The notes under the pieces: model-generated
Databases searched by the model: none
What the model saw: only the letters and a program-made list of their open reading frames with translations
Told to the model about the DNA's origin: nothing
Translations under genes and position numbers: made by a program
DNA from: a virus
Lineage: Duplodnaviria > Caudoviricetes
IMG/VR virus record: IMGVR_UViG_3300027917_000018
Span: 128,001-192,000 of that record
Strand: one strand, 5' to 3'
Length of the DNA: 64,000 bases
Shown: positions 1-8,625 of the stretch, piece after piece
Position numbering within the stretch: the stretch's first letter is position 1
Layout of the letters: the number at the start of each line of letters is the position of its first letter

Positions 1-12
1 GTTCTTATAGGC

Positions 13-1128
13 ATGGAACTGGAACGGCCCATCGTAATGGCGTCCGGCTGCTATGACTTGATTCACGCCGGGCATTTGGAATTCCTCGAAGAGGCCAAGA
101 AACTTGGCCGCTCCCTGGTTGTGACAATCGCCGGGGACAAGGTATTGGCCCAGCACAAGCACCGCGTCGCTGGGTTGCCTGCCGAAAATCGTAAACGGCT
201 CGTGGCCGGACTGAAGCCCGTCGATTACGTGATCATCACGGACTGCGGCGAGCTGGGCATGGACTTTCTGCCGCACTTCCTGGACATCAAGCCGGACTAT
301 CTGGCGGTGACAGGCGACGACACGTTCGCCGAGCAGAAGCTCAATCTGTGCAAGGCCAATCGGTGCAACTATGTCCAGCTGCCAAAGACCCCACCGCCCG
401 GCGGCGCGATCAGCACCACTGACATCCGGCGGCGCATCAATGCCCGGTCGGTGGTGCCGCTCCGCGTGGACTTTGGCGGTGGGTGGCTCGACGTGCCCAA
501 GCTCTCCAGGCCAGGAGCCTACATCGTCAACTGTACGATCGAGCCGGTGGTGACCCTGACCGAATGGCCTTATGAGCATAACAGCGGCCTTGGTGGCAGC
601 GCTGCCGCCAGCCTGTTGACGGGCCGCAATGCCATTGAGACTGAGCTGGCCACGGCGGGCTGGCAGGACCCAGCAGTCATCCTGGAAACCGGGTGCTGCA
701 TTTGGGCCAGTGGCCGGTTCCCGGACCTGCGCCAGAAAGTAAACCCCGAGTTTCTGCTGGGCCGCATGGCCCTCCTGTGGACTGGCAAACCTCACCGGCA
801 ATCCACAGGCGAGGCGGTCGACCTTGAGCGAGACTATGACTTGATCGCCAAGGCCGGGTCAGTCGCTGCGATGGGAGTCGCGATCCAGAAGCTCAAAGAG
901 CTGGCTCGGGGCGTCCAGATGTCCTATGAGGCGCAGGTCGGTGAAGGCATGGACCCGCTGCCCGACGCGCCGTGCCTGGCGCGCAAATACTGCGGCAGCG
1001 GTTACGGCGGCTACGCTGTTTACATTTTTGAGCACCAGCGCACACGCACTGAATGGGCCAAAGAGGTAGGGGCCAAGATCATTGAGCCTTACATCAGGGG
1101 CGTCGGTGCCAGCCAATCTGAGATATGA
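13..1128 (+). CDS. Cytidylyltransferase-like (HIGH) nucleotidyltransferase fused to GHMP-family sugar kinase
   Basis: N-terminal GCYDLIHAGH HIGH motif; C-terminal half has RVDFGGGWLD, SGLGGSAA and CGSGYGGY GHMP-like motifs. Confidence 0.75.
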   Translation: MELERPIVMASGCYDLIHAGHLEFLEEAKKLGRSLVVTIAGDKVLAQHKHRVAGLPAENRKRLVAGLKPVDYVIITDCGELGMDFLPHFLDIKPDYLAVTGDDTFAEQKLNLCKANRCNYVQLPKTPPPGGAISTTDIRRRINARSVVPLRVDFGGGWLDVPKLSRPGAYIVNCTIEPVVTLTEWPYEHNSGLGGSAAASLLTGRNAIETELATAGWQDPAVILETGCCIWASGRFPDLRQKVNPEFLLGRMALLWTGKPHRQSTGEAVDLERDYDLIAKAGSVAAMGVAIQKLKELARGVQMSYEAQVGEGMDPLPDAPCLARKYCGSGYGGYAVYIFEHQRTRTEWAKEVGAKIIEPYIRGVGASQSEI

Positions 1129-1562
1129 CACACCTAGAGGAACTTGAGAAAATCAAGCCCGAGCTGGGCGAGGACGCGGCCTACGCTATCGGCTGGTCGG
1201 TCGTGATCACGGCACCCGGCAGCCAAGGTCGGTACCAAACCGGGGAGCTGGCGTCCTTTTACGTCCGGCAGCTGGATTGTGAGGCGCACGTGATCTTCGC
1301 GAATGAGAAGGACACGATCGCCAGCCTGGGCCGTTCGCAGCAGAGCTACACGACCATCAAGGTCACCTTTTACGATGCGCTGGTGCTCCTAGCCCTGGAA
1401 CACGTGGTATCCTTTGCCCCGGAGGTCTACCCGGTCTTTTACGATCTGAGCATCAAGCATAAGATTCCAATGGCCAATCTCAGGCCCGCGACCCCAGGCC
1501 ACTGGCGGACCATTCGGCCCTGTGTCACGGACGATCAGATCGGCTCGGGTAATGTCGTATGA
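1125..1562 (+). CDS. Hypothetical protein
   Basis: 145-aa ORF coupled by ATGA overlaps on both sides. Confidence 0.6.
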   Translation: MTHLEELEKIKPELGEDAAYAIGWSVVITAPGSQGRYQTGELASFYVRQLDCEAHVIFANEKDTIASLGRSQQSYTTIKVTFYDALVLLALEHVVSFAPEVYPVFYDLSIKHKIPMANLRPATPGHWRTIRPCVTDDQIGSGNVV

Positions 1563-2017
1563 AGCAAACCAACATCGAGGCCGTTAAGCATCACCTGGCC
1601 AAGGTGGCGGCCAAAACTGAGGGCGCAAACGATGGGTTCGTGGAGCGCATGCACCAGATTGTCGAGCAGATCGGCTCGTTGGACCCTGACAAAGACGGGC
1701 CGACCCGCTGGGCTTATGAGACGGCGCTGTGGTCGGCAGACGCGGCCTTGGGCAACTACGAGCTGAAGCGGCACCGGCTGGCCCTGGCTTGCATTGTCAT
1801 GATCCAGATAATGTGCGACGAGCGGGCGGCCTCCATTTACGGCAGTGCCTGCGCGCACCTACAGCTGCTCAAGCAGGTCCAAGACGGAATGCACCATATC
1901 GCCAGCGTGGAGGTCGTGGCTATGATGCCCGCCAAGTTGACGAAAATCCCCAAGAAGCCCAAGCGCAAAAAGAAGGGCAAGACGCTGGGGTTAGGCGGCG
2001 ATCCGTCACTAAATTAG
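1559..2017 (+). CDS. Hypothetical protein with basic C-terminal tail
   Basis: ATGA overlap with upstream ORF; KIPKKPKRKKKGK tail. Confidence 0.6.
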   Translation: MKQTNIEAVKHHLAKVAAKTEGANDGFVERMHQIVEQIGSLDPDKDGPTRWAYETALWSADAALGNYELKRHRLALACIVMIQIMCDERAASIYGSACAHLQLLKQVQDGMHHIASVEVVAMMPAKLTKIPKKPKRKKKGKTLGLGGDPSLN

Positions 2018-2020
2018 GGT

Positions 2021-2048
2021 TTTACTGTTGACGGGTAGGTGCTACATT
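2021..2048 (+). promoter_or_regulatory. Sigma70-like promoter (TTTACT-16-TACATT with extended TG)
   Basis: TTTACT 2021-2026, TGn at 2040-2042, TACATT 2043-2048; ATG 2055 lies 6 nt downstream (leaderless geometry). Confidence 0.5.
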
Positions 2049-2054
2049 ATGAGC

Positions 2055-2513
2055 ATGTTGAGGAAAATCATCAGCGGCGGGCAGACCGGCGCGGACCGCG
2101 CAGCCCTGGATGTCGCCATGACCAAAGGCATCCAGCACGGCGGTTTTTGCCCCAAAGGCCGCAAGGCCGAAGATGGCCCGATCCCTGGTGTCTACCAGCT
2201 GGTCGAGGCGGCGGGAGGCTATCGCGACCGCACCGAGCGCAACGCGGCCCACGCCGACGGAACCGTGCTCTTCTGCCCGGTTCATCCAGGCCCCGGCAGC
2301 CGCCTGACTCTTGCCGTCTGTCAGCGCTTCGAGAAGCCGCTGCTTCACATCTACCCAACCAAGCCCGTCGACGAAGCCGCCCAGGTCCTGCGCAAATTCA
2401 TCAAAGAGCACGACATCCGAGTGCTCAACGTCGCGGGGTCCCGCGCCTCGAAGGAGCCCGGCATTTACAATTTCGTCGTTCTGGTCCTGACCAAGGCCCT
2501 GGGAGGTAGTTAG
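2055..2513 (+). CDS. SLOG-superfamily putative molybdenum-carrier-like protein
   Basis: KIISGGQTGADRAALD, GGFCPKGRKAEDG, RTERN and LNVAGSRASK motifs; alternative start ATG 2049. Confidence 0.8.
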   Translation: MLRKIISGGQTGADRAALDVAMTKGIQHGGFCPKGRKAEDGPIPGVYQLVEAAGGYRDRTERNAAHADGTVLFCPVHPGPGSRLTLAVCQRFEKPLLHIYPTKPVDEAAQVLRKFIKEHDIRVLNVAGSRASKEPGIYNFVVLVLTKALGGS

Positions 2514-2516
2514 GAC

Positions 2517-2735
2517 GTGAGCCGCGCTCGGTCCATTCTCAACGAAGTCACAGACGTTCCGTCCAGCTTTCCCCGCGACCGCACCACCAAGGTCAAGGCT
2601 GGGGACGGCTGGATTTACGTTCGCCCGGCGGGCAGTGGCTTCTATGTGACCGCCACTGGCATGAAGGGTGAGCAGGTGCCCGCCAAGGACATCCGGTGGT
2701 TCGTGCGCGAGCTTTACGCTTTCATGACCCAATAG
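2517..2735 (+). CDS. Small protein with MSRAR-type leader
   Basis: Begins MSRARSILNE; GTG start 4 nt after TAGTTA motif. Confidence 0.6.
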   Translation: MSRARSILNEVTDVPSSFPRDRTTKVKAGDGWIYVRPAGSGFYVTATGMKGEQVPAKDIRWFVRELYAFMTQ

Positions 2736-2743
2736 TTAAAGTG

Positions 2744-3511
2744 ATGGCTTCGCCGAGAGACATGCTGGCCAGGTCGCCGTTTACGGGCAGGCGCTTCGCA
2801 ACTGCCGACGGTTACACCTTCTACGAAAAGCGCGACGGCTCCTGGGTAGACAACCTGGACCCGGAGCGCGTCGACATGTCGTTCGGCAGCGAAGAGGAGG
2901 CCATCAGCGGGCTAGTCGACGCCGGTTACACGCCCGAGGAGGCCAAGCAGCTTATCGCTGGAACCTGGGAGCCCAGTCCCGAGGAGGAAGAAATTCTGCG
3001 GCAGTGGTTTCAGGGCGAAAGCATGGGCCGCGCCCGTGCGATCGTGGAAGAGGAAAGCCCGCGCTCGTTTCTCAAGAAAATTGGTGCTGACCCATTTGGC
3101 AGGGTGGCTATCCGCGTAGGTGCTCCGCTTAACCCTCAGACGGTTGTGGTGCCAGTTCACTGGGTTTACGACATGGTTTCGACCGGAGGCGATTCACTTC
3201 CAGGGGTTGTGCTTCACACTGGCGACGCGCCGCCCGCGCCCCAGGGAATGACCAAGCCGCAGTACTCCTGGATGCTGGCCGTGATCGCTTATGCGTTAAA
3301 CGAAGGTCCAGTGTTTCAGGAAGACCGCCCGAGGGACGATGCTGACCGCGAGATGGACCCGGAAGACGATATGTGGCTGCCGGATTTCAGCTGGGAATTC
3401 CTGGGCGGGGAGAAGGTCTTCGACCGGGCGATGGAATGGGCCATAGAGCATCCCGGCGAGCGCGCCGGTTATGAGTTCCCCAAAGGTTTCGACGGACCCG
3501 TCGTTGGCTAG
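2744..3511 (+). CDS. Hypothetical protein with internal MGRARAIVEEESPR tag
   Basis: ATG 5 nt after TAGTTA; internal tag begins at ATG 3023 (possible second start). Confidence 0.6.
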   Translation: MASPRDMLARSPFTGRRFATADGYTFYEKRDGSWVDNLDPERVDMSFGSEEEAISGLVDAGYTPEEAKQLIAGTWEPSPEEEEILRQWFQGESMGRARAIVEEESPRSFLKKIGADPFGRVAIRVGAPLNPQTVVVPVHWVYDMVSTGGDSLPGVVLHTGDAPPAPQGMTKPQYSWMLAVIAYALNEGPVFQEDRPRDDADREMDPEDDMWLPDFSWEFLGGEKVFDRAMEWAIEHPGERAGYEFPKGFDGPVVG

Positions 3512-3596
3512 GCACAGTGCTCCCTGGCTGAGGCAAAACGTTTACAGCTTCTGTTTCGATATTTCAAGGCCAGGATCGTTCTTAATGTGAACGATC

Positions 3597-4376
3597 ATGG
3601 ACATCACTGGCCGACAACTGATCGTCGCCTACGGTGGCGGCGTAAACAGCAGCGCATTCCTCATCGAATTCGTGCGCCTCAAGATAGTTCCCACGCTGAT
3701 CCTGTTCAGCGACACGGGAGGGGAGCGCCCGGAGACTTACGCGTTCATCGACGAATTCTCACTGTGGCTCCAGGAGCGCGGTCTGCCGGGAATCATCACC
3801 GTCAAGAAGGGCGGGATGCAGGAAACCCTGGAGGAAAACTGCCTGCGCAAGGAGATGCTGCCGTCCATCGCCTACGGCTTCAAGACCTGCTCCGAAAAGT
3901 ACAAGATCAGGGCGCAGGAGAAGTTTGTCCGGCACTACGAGCCTACCAAGGCCATCCTCAAAGCGGGCGGCAAGCTCGTGAAGGTGATTGGCTACGATGC
4001 CGGGGAAGGCCGCCGGGCCAAGCAATACGAGCACAAGGAGTACGATTACTGGTATCCGTTGATCGAGTGGGGCTGGGAGCGCAAGAAGTGCGAGCAGGTC
4101 GTGCGGGAGGCTGGGTTCCGGCCCGCCAAGTCCAGCTGCTTCTTCTGCCCGTCGATGACCAAGCGGGAGATTCTTCAGCTTCGGCAGGAACACCCGGATT
4201 TGATGGCGCGGGCGCTGGAGATGGAGGCCAAGGCCGCCCCGAACCTGGCCACCGTCAAGGGCCTTGGCCGACGCTTCAACTGGGGAGAATTCCTGCAATC
4301 AGTCGATTCAGGCGATCCGAAAGCCATGAAGTGGCAGTGTGACGTGGAAACGCCGTGCGGATGCTACGACGGATAG
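3597..4376 (+). CDS. PAPS-reductase-like (adenine nucleotide alpha-hydrolase) protein
   Basis: VAYGGGVNS PP-loop, FSDTGGERPETY, YPLIEW, SSCFFCP, C-terminal PCGCYD. Confidence 0.75.
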   Translation: MDITGRQLIVAYGGGVNSSAFLIEFVRLKIVPTLILFSDTGGERPETYAFIDEFSLWLQERGLPGIITVKKGGMQETLEENCLRKEMLPSIAYGFKTCSEKYKIRAQEKFVRHYEPTKAILKAGGKLVKVIGYDAGEGRRAKQYEHKEYDYWYPLIEWGWERKKCEQVVREAGFRPAKSSCFFCPSMTKREILQLRQEHPDLMARALEMEAKAAPNLATVKGLGRRFNWGEFLQSVDSGDPKAMKWQCDVETPCGCYDG

Positions 4377-4692
4377 CCGCCGTCAAATTGCGGTGTCGCT
4401 GCGGTCGTGGTGCGGGCACGGTGTAGGTCACGACGTTGGAAGGCTCGGACTCCAGCGCTGACGTGTTGTAGCAGGTCGCGTAGAACGCGTAGGTTCTGCC
4501 CGGTTCCAAAGCTTCGATCACGGTGTTGGTGACGTTGCCGCAGTCCTTGACGACCGTGTAGTTTCCAGGAGGCGATCCGTAATAAATCCGGTAGCCCGCA
4601 ACGTCCGGCTCCGGGTTCGGGTCCCAAGCCAGCATTACCGTGGCGGCATGCGTCATGGCCAGCGAGCAAAGGAGAAAAACGAGCGTTCTCAT
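4276..4692 (-). CDS. Secreted fibronectin type III domain protein
   Basis: Signal peptide MRTLVFLLCSLAMTHAA; LAWDPNPEPDVAGYRIYYG...LEPGRTYAFYATCYN..LESEPSN. Confidence 0.7.
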   Translation of the reverse strand: MRTLVFLLCSLAMTHAATVMLAWDPNPEPDVAGYRIYYGSPPGNYTVVKDCGNVTNTVIEALEPGRTYAFYATCYNTSALESEPSNVVTYTVPAPRPQRHRNLTAAIRRSIRTAFPRHTATSWLSDRLNRLIAGILPS

Positions 4693-5933
4693 CGGAACGA
4701 ATAGAGCGTCGAGCGCCCAAAGCCTGGCTCGTCACGGTCGTAGCCGGTGTCTCTGACAAGACCACGCGCTGCCAGCCGCAGAAGCGCCCGCTCCATGTAA
4801 ACGTAACCCATACCGGTGGAATCGCGCCAGAAAAAGCGCTCGATGCCGCCGTTCTTGAGCTGGGTCAGAATGCTGATCAGGAAGCTTTCGCAGGCGGCGT
4901 CCCTGTAGGGTAAGTCGCTGTCCGCCCAATACACGGCGCTCAGAAACAACATTTCCCTGCCGCTCACCTTCTTCCAGAGCGTTGTCGCGGCAGCGAGCTT
5001 GTTGCGCTCGTTCCACTGGGTTACGGCGGGCTGCCCGCCCTCAACGTGCGTAGTCTTCCAGTCAAAGTTGGGCTGTGCGACCACCTGCAATCCTGCGCGC
5101 CGCAGCAAGGCGCGAGGGCTTACGGCCTCCACCAGGCCGAACACGGCCATGCCCGACCGGTTTGTCAGCCTGACGACGCCTTCCCGCGCCAAAGCTTCCA
5201 GCGCGTCCAAGAACGGATCGCCGGGTTTGAAGAGGCTGAAGAGGAATCTGCCGATACCGCGTGCCTTGGCCTGATCGAAGATGCTTTTGAGAAAAGCTTG
5301 TCGGAAGCTTGGGTCCAGTTCGTCCGGGCCGTCGGCGCGGATCACCAAGGTATCTCCGTCGTGGAAGCTCGTGCTGGCGAACGTATAGGGCTCATGGGTT
5401 TGCCAGACCGTGTCCTGGTAGCGGCTTCGCCGCCGGTACCAGTCTGCGTCGGCAGGCACGGCCATCGGCTTGCCGAATCCAGTCTTCAGCAGGCTCTTGG
5501 GGTCTTCGGCCTCCTCGACGTTTTCCTCCTCGTAGGGGACCAGCCGCCAATGAAATACGCCGGTCTGCTCCTCCCCGGTGGTGGAAACTTCGGCGGGAAT
5601 CCGCCAGGTCTCGGCCCCGGAGCGCTCGCCGCGCTTGAGCGCTTGCCAGACCTTTCGATCATAGTCGAAGATTTCCTCGAACTGCTCGCTTTCTACGTCG
5701 ACCGTGGTGCGATCGGCCAGGAAAGCGTGGACGCCGTACATGCCGTCAAGTTGATCGATGTCGCTGGCGTGGGAGCCGTGAATCTCCGGGTCACGCCCGA
5801 TCCGAAACGGCGTGTACTCGTCCAGCTCGATTGTGTTAACGTAGTAATAGCCAGGTAGGATGTGCTCCTGGCTCATGCGCTTAAGCCAGGCTCGCGGTGT
5901 TTCAGCTTCCAGAATGGCTCGTGCGCGGCCCAC
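4689..5933 (-). CDS. Multi-module protein with MGRARAILEAETPR leader and two internal tags
   Basis: N-terminal tag plus EEAEDPKSLLK and EAVSPRALLRR; GTG start 4 nt after TAATTA. Confidence 0.7.
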   Translation of the reverse strand: MGRARAILEAETPRAWLKRMSQEHILPGYYYVNTIELDEYTPFRIGRDPEIHGSHASDIDQLDGMYGVHAFLADRTTVDVESEQFEEIFDYDRKVWQALKRGERSGAETWRIPAEVSTTGEEQTGVFHWRLVPYEEENVEEAEDPKSLLKTGFGKPMAVPADADWYRRRSRYQDTVWQTHEPYTFASTSFHDGDTLVIRADGPDELDPSFRQAFLKSIFDQAKARGIGRFLFSLFKPGDPFLDALEALAREGVVRLTNRSGMAVFGLVEAVSPRALLRRAGLQVVAQPNFDWKTTHVEGGQPAVTQWNERNKLAAATTLWKKVSGREMLFLSAVYWADSDLPYRDAACESFLISILTQLKNGGIERFFWRDSTGMGYVYMERALLRLAARGLVRDTGYDRDEPGFGRSTLYSFR

Positions 5934-5957
5934 GCCTTAATTACGGTAGTTAGAACG

Positions 5958-6359
5958 ATGAACGCTGAGACGGAAGGCCGATGGTCGAAGGCTGTAGGGA
6001 CGATGCGCGAGCTGATGAAACAGCACGTTCAGGCTCACGCAAAAGTCCGGGAACTGTACTTCTCGATCCTTTACCACGCTGAGCTGGAGAAAGCTGGCCT
6101 CAAGAAAGACCAGGTCTCCTACCTGGTCCACGGGGCCAATCTGCCTGCGGGTGGCAAGTTCAGTCGGCAGCAGATGGCCAGGGCCTACCCGGATTGGGCG
6201 TTCGGCGTGAAGCTCAAGCCGACCGAGGGCGAGACCGAGGGCAAGATCGTGTGGTTCGAGAATCCGATTCCGCCCAAGGAGAAGCTCCACATCGAGGACC
6301 TGGAGACGCCCGCTCAGCGACAAGAACGTTTACGAATCAAGAGCCTTGGCTTGGAATGA
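5958..6359 (+). CDS. Hypothetical protein
   Basis: ATG 5 nt after TAGTTA (5947-5952); ATGA overlap with next ORF. Confidence 0.55.
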   Translation: MNAETEGRWSKAVGTMRELMKQHVQAHAKVRELYFSILYHAELEKAGLKKDQVSYLVHGANLPAGGKFSRQQMARAYPDWAFGVKLKPTEGETEGKIVWFENPIPPKEKLHIEDLETPAQRQERLRIKSLGLE

Positions 6360-6517
6360 GCTTAGCCCGTGACATCCTGGAGGCCGAATCGCCTCGTGCC
6401 TTTATGAAGAGGCTGCCGATCCACCAGCTGGAGCGGCTCGGCGTGTGGAAGGTCCGGCGCACGCCACGGATGCCCGACCCGGACGACGATTCCGGCGATG
6501 CTTGGGCACATTTATGA
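6356..6517 (+). CDS. Very small tagged protein (MSLARDILEAESPRAFMKRLP)
   Basis: 53 aa, ATGA-coupled on both sides, carries the shared leader. Confidence 0.5.
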   Translation: MSLARDILEAESPRAFMKRLPIHQLERLGVWKVRRTPRMPDPDDDSGDAWAHL

Positions 6518-8625
6518 GCGCGGCCCGTAACATCCTGGATGCTGAGACGCCGCGCTTTGTTCTCAAGGCGCTAGGCCGCCGCACGCTCGGCGTTTCGACC
6601 AAGCTGCTGCGCTCCTATCTGCGCCAGGAGGGCTTTCCGGTCGTTCAGCTTTACCGGCGCAGCAACAAGTGGCAGGACGCGATTGAAATGACAATCGTGG
6701 CCAGCGACCCCACGCTCCGCACCGACGCCGTGCTCTACGAGGTTATGGCCAGGGTCGAGAATTGGCTTGAGCAGAACTACCCCAAACTCGCGCCTCTCTT
6801 GTCCGTGAACGGCTGGGTTGCGCTTTGGCGTGACCAGAACAGCTTTGAGATTTCGATTACCAACCAGTACCGAGAGCAGACAGAAGCTCTGGAAAGCCCG
6901 GCCTCCGTACTGCACCAGATCGCGACCAACACGGTCATGGCCAAGCACGCGGACTTTCGGCAAGTCGCGGACGACGTGTGGCTCCTGGACGCGGGGAACT
7001 TTCAGGCCGAGGCTCGGGTCAAGCAGTCCGCGCAGGGCCGCCAGTGGGACCTTGCGATCTTTACGGTGACACACGGACCGTACCGGCGTACGCCCCAGGC
7101 AAGCTGGAACAATCTTACGGATCGCCAGTTCGCGATGGTGATGACGAACGTTTTTGGGGTGGCCGAGGCGGTGGACCCGCGCTCGCTTCTGCGAAAGCTG
7201 TACGACCCATCCGACCCGGTCGTTTCGGCCCTCGTCAAGATAGGCTTTCAGAAGGTGCCCGGCGGCCCGGAGAAGCGGCATCGGTTTGAGCTGCGGCGCG
7301 GCAATCGCACGTACGATCTTTGGTGGTACTGGGACGCGGCTCCGGGCGGCGGCAGGGAGCGTCGGTGGGACTTCGACGTGTGGGAAGATAATCCCGGTGG
7401 CGGCAAAGAACTGGTGGGCAACCACAATTCCATAGGCGACGGGCTTATTGCGAGGCTGCTCGGCAGCGGCTACGGCCTTTTGCCAGAATCCAGGAAACTC
7501 ATCGAGCAGGAGACTGAATCGCCGCGAGGCTTCCTTAACCGGCTCAGGCGGGAGCGCCTGTACTTCGGACAGCGGTTCGAGCGCGTGCCCTTTGGTGCCC
7601 GATGGGGCATGAACGCTCACGTTCGTAGGCTTTCCGACGATGGCGAGCCTGAAGTATTTGTTCAGCCGTCGGCCAGCTCCAGGCCGGTGCCGCTAGACCT
7701 GCAAGCATCTTTGGAAGTGGCTCAGCTGAGCCCGACGGGGTTTGAGTGGGGCTACGGCGGGAGCGGCCCGCATCAGCTTGCCCTGGCCCTTCTTTTGGAC
7801 GTGACCAGCGATCCCCAGCGGGCGTACCACGCACACCACGCCTTTACGGCAAGCGTCATTGCGCACTTGCCGCGCAAGGAATGGACGCTGACCTCCAGGA
7901 GGATTCTGAGCTGGCTGTCTGCCTGGGAAAACACGGGCGTCAAGGAAGCCGTCAGTCCCAGGGAGCTTTTGGTGCCCAGGGCCGCGCACGCGGTCGGGCA
8001 TTGGCTGGCCAGTTTGAAGTTCCACAAGGTCGGCGATGCCTGGCAAAGGTTTTGGCACGGGCATGCGCAAATGGACGTGGAGCCCCAAGGCCAGGACAAG
8101 TGGAAAGTGACGGTTTGGCGCTTGCCGAGCCCAACGGCTTTCGGCTTGCGCCTGCGCCGCAAGCTGCGCGCAACCAGCACCGTGCCGCTCGGGGCTGTGC
8201 CCCAGGTTGTGCAAAAGTGGGTCAAGGAGCTGAGTGTCGAGCAGGACCCTGAGCTTGCCGAGGCCGCCGAGACACCGCGATCCGTGCTTAAGGCATTGCC
8301 CAAGTTCGACGAGGACACGGAGGTCACGCTGCGTTGGCTGCGCCATGTGGTCGGCCAGCACATCGTTCGGCAGGTTGACATCGTGAGCGAAAGGCCAGAT
8401 TTCCAGCATACCGACGCCCGCCTTTACGTGATCATTGAGGTCAGCCAGGGCTACCAACGACAGCCGCTCCTCCGGCGCTACTGGGTCGATTTTGCCAGCC
8501 GGGGTGTGCTGGCCCAGGCGCTGCGCCAATGGGCCAACCTGCAAGGGGCTAAGCTCCGCGTGGACGGCCAGGACGCTGGCAAGGTCGCATACCGTAATCC
8601 CGTTTTGGCAAAACTTGCCGCATGA
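6514..8625 (+). CDS. Large multi-module tagged protein (polyprotein-like) containing a DUF6166-like module
   Basis: MSAARNILDAETPR leader, five internal E-A-x-x-P-R-type tags; module SPTGFEWGYGGSGPHQLALALL. Confidence 0.75.
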   Translation: MSAARNILDAETPRFVLKALGRRTLGVSTKLLRSYLRQEGFPVVQLYRRSNKWQDAIEMTIVASDPTLRTDAVLYEVMARVENWLEQNYPKLAPLLSVNGWVALWRDQNSFEISITNQYREQTEALESPASVLHQIATNTVMAKHADFRQVADDVWLLDAGNFQAEARVKQSAQGRQWDLAIFTVTHGPYRRTPQASWNNLTDRQFAMVMTNVFGVAEAVDPRSLLRKLYDPSDPVVSALVKIGFQKVPGGPEKRHRFELRRGNRTYDLWWYWDAAPGGGRERRWDFDVWEDNPGGGKELVGNHNSIGDGLIARLLGSGYGLLPESRKLIEQETESPRGFLNRLRRERLYFGQRFERVPFGARWGMNAHVRRLSDDGEPEVFVQPSASSRPVPLDLQASLEVAQLSPTGFEWGYGGSGPHQLALALLLDVTSDPQRAYHAHHAFTASVIAHLPRKEWTLTSRRILSWLSAWENTGVKEAVSPRELLVPRAAHAVGHWLASLKFHKVGDAWQRFWHGHAQMDVEPQGQDKWKVTVWRLPSPTAFGLRLRRKLRATSTVPLGAVPQVVQKWVKELSVEQDPELAEAAETPRSVLKALPKFDEDTEVTLRWLRHVVGQHIVRQVDIVSERPDFQHTDARLYVIIEVSQGYQRQPLLRRYWVDFASRGVLAQALRQWANLQGAKLRVDGQDAGKVAYRNPVLAKLAA
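8260..8285 (+). repeat. 26-bp perfect direct repeat, copy 1 (GAGGCCGCCGAGACACCGCGATCCGT)
   Basis: Identical to 9458-9483; encodes the EAAETPRS tag. Confidence 0.9.

Noticed and set aside
8053-8066. Sigma54 -24/-12-like site TGGCACGGGCATGC
   Set aside because: Imperfect spacing and deep inside a coding region.
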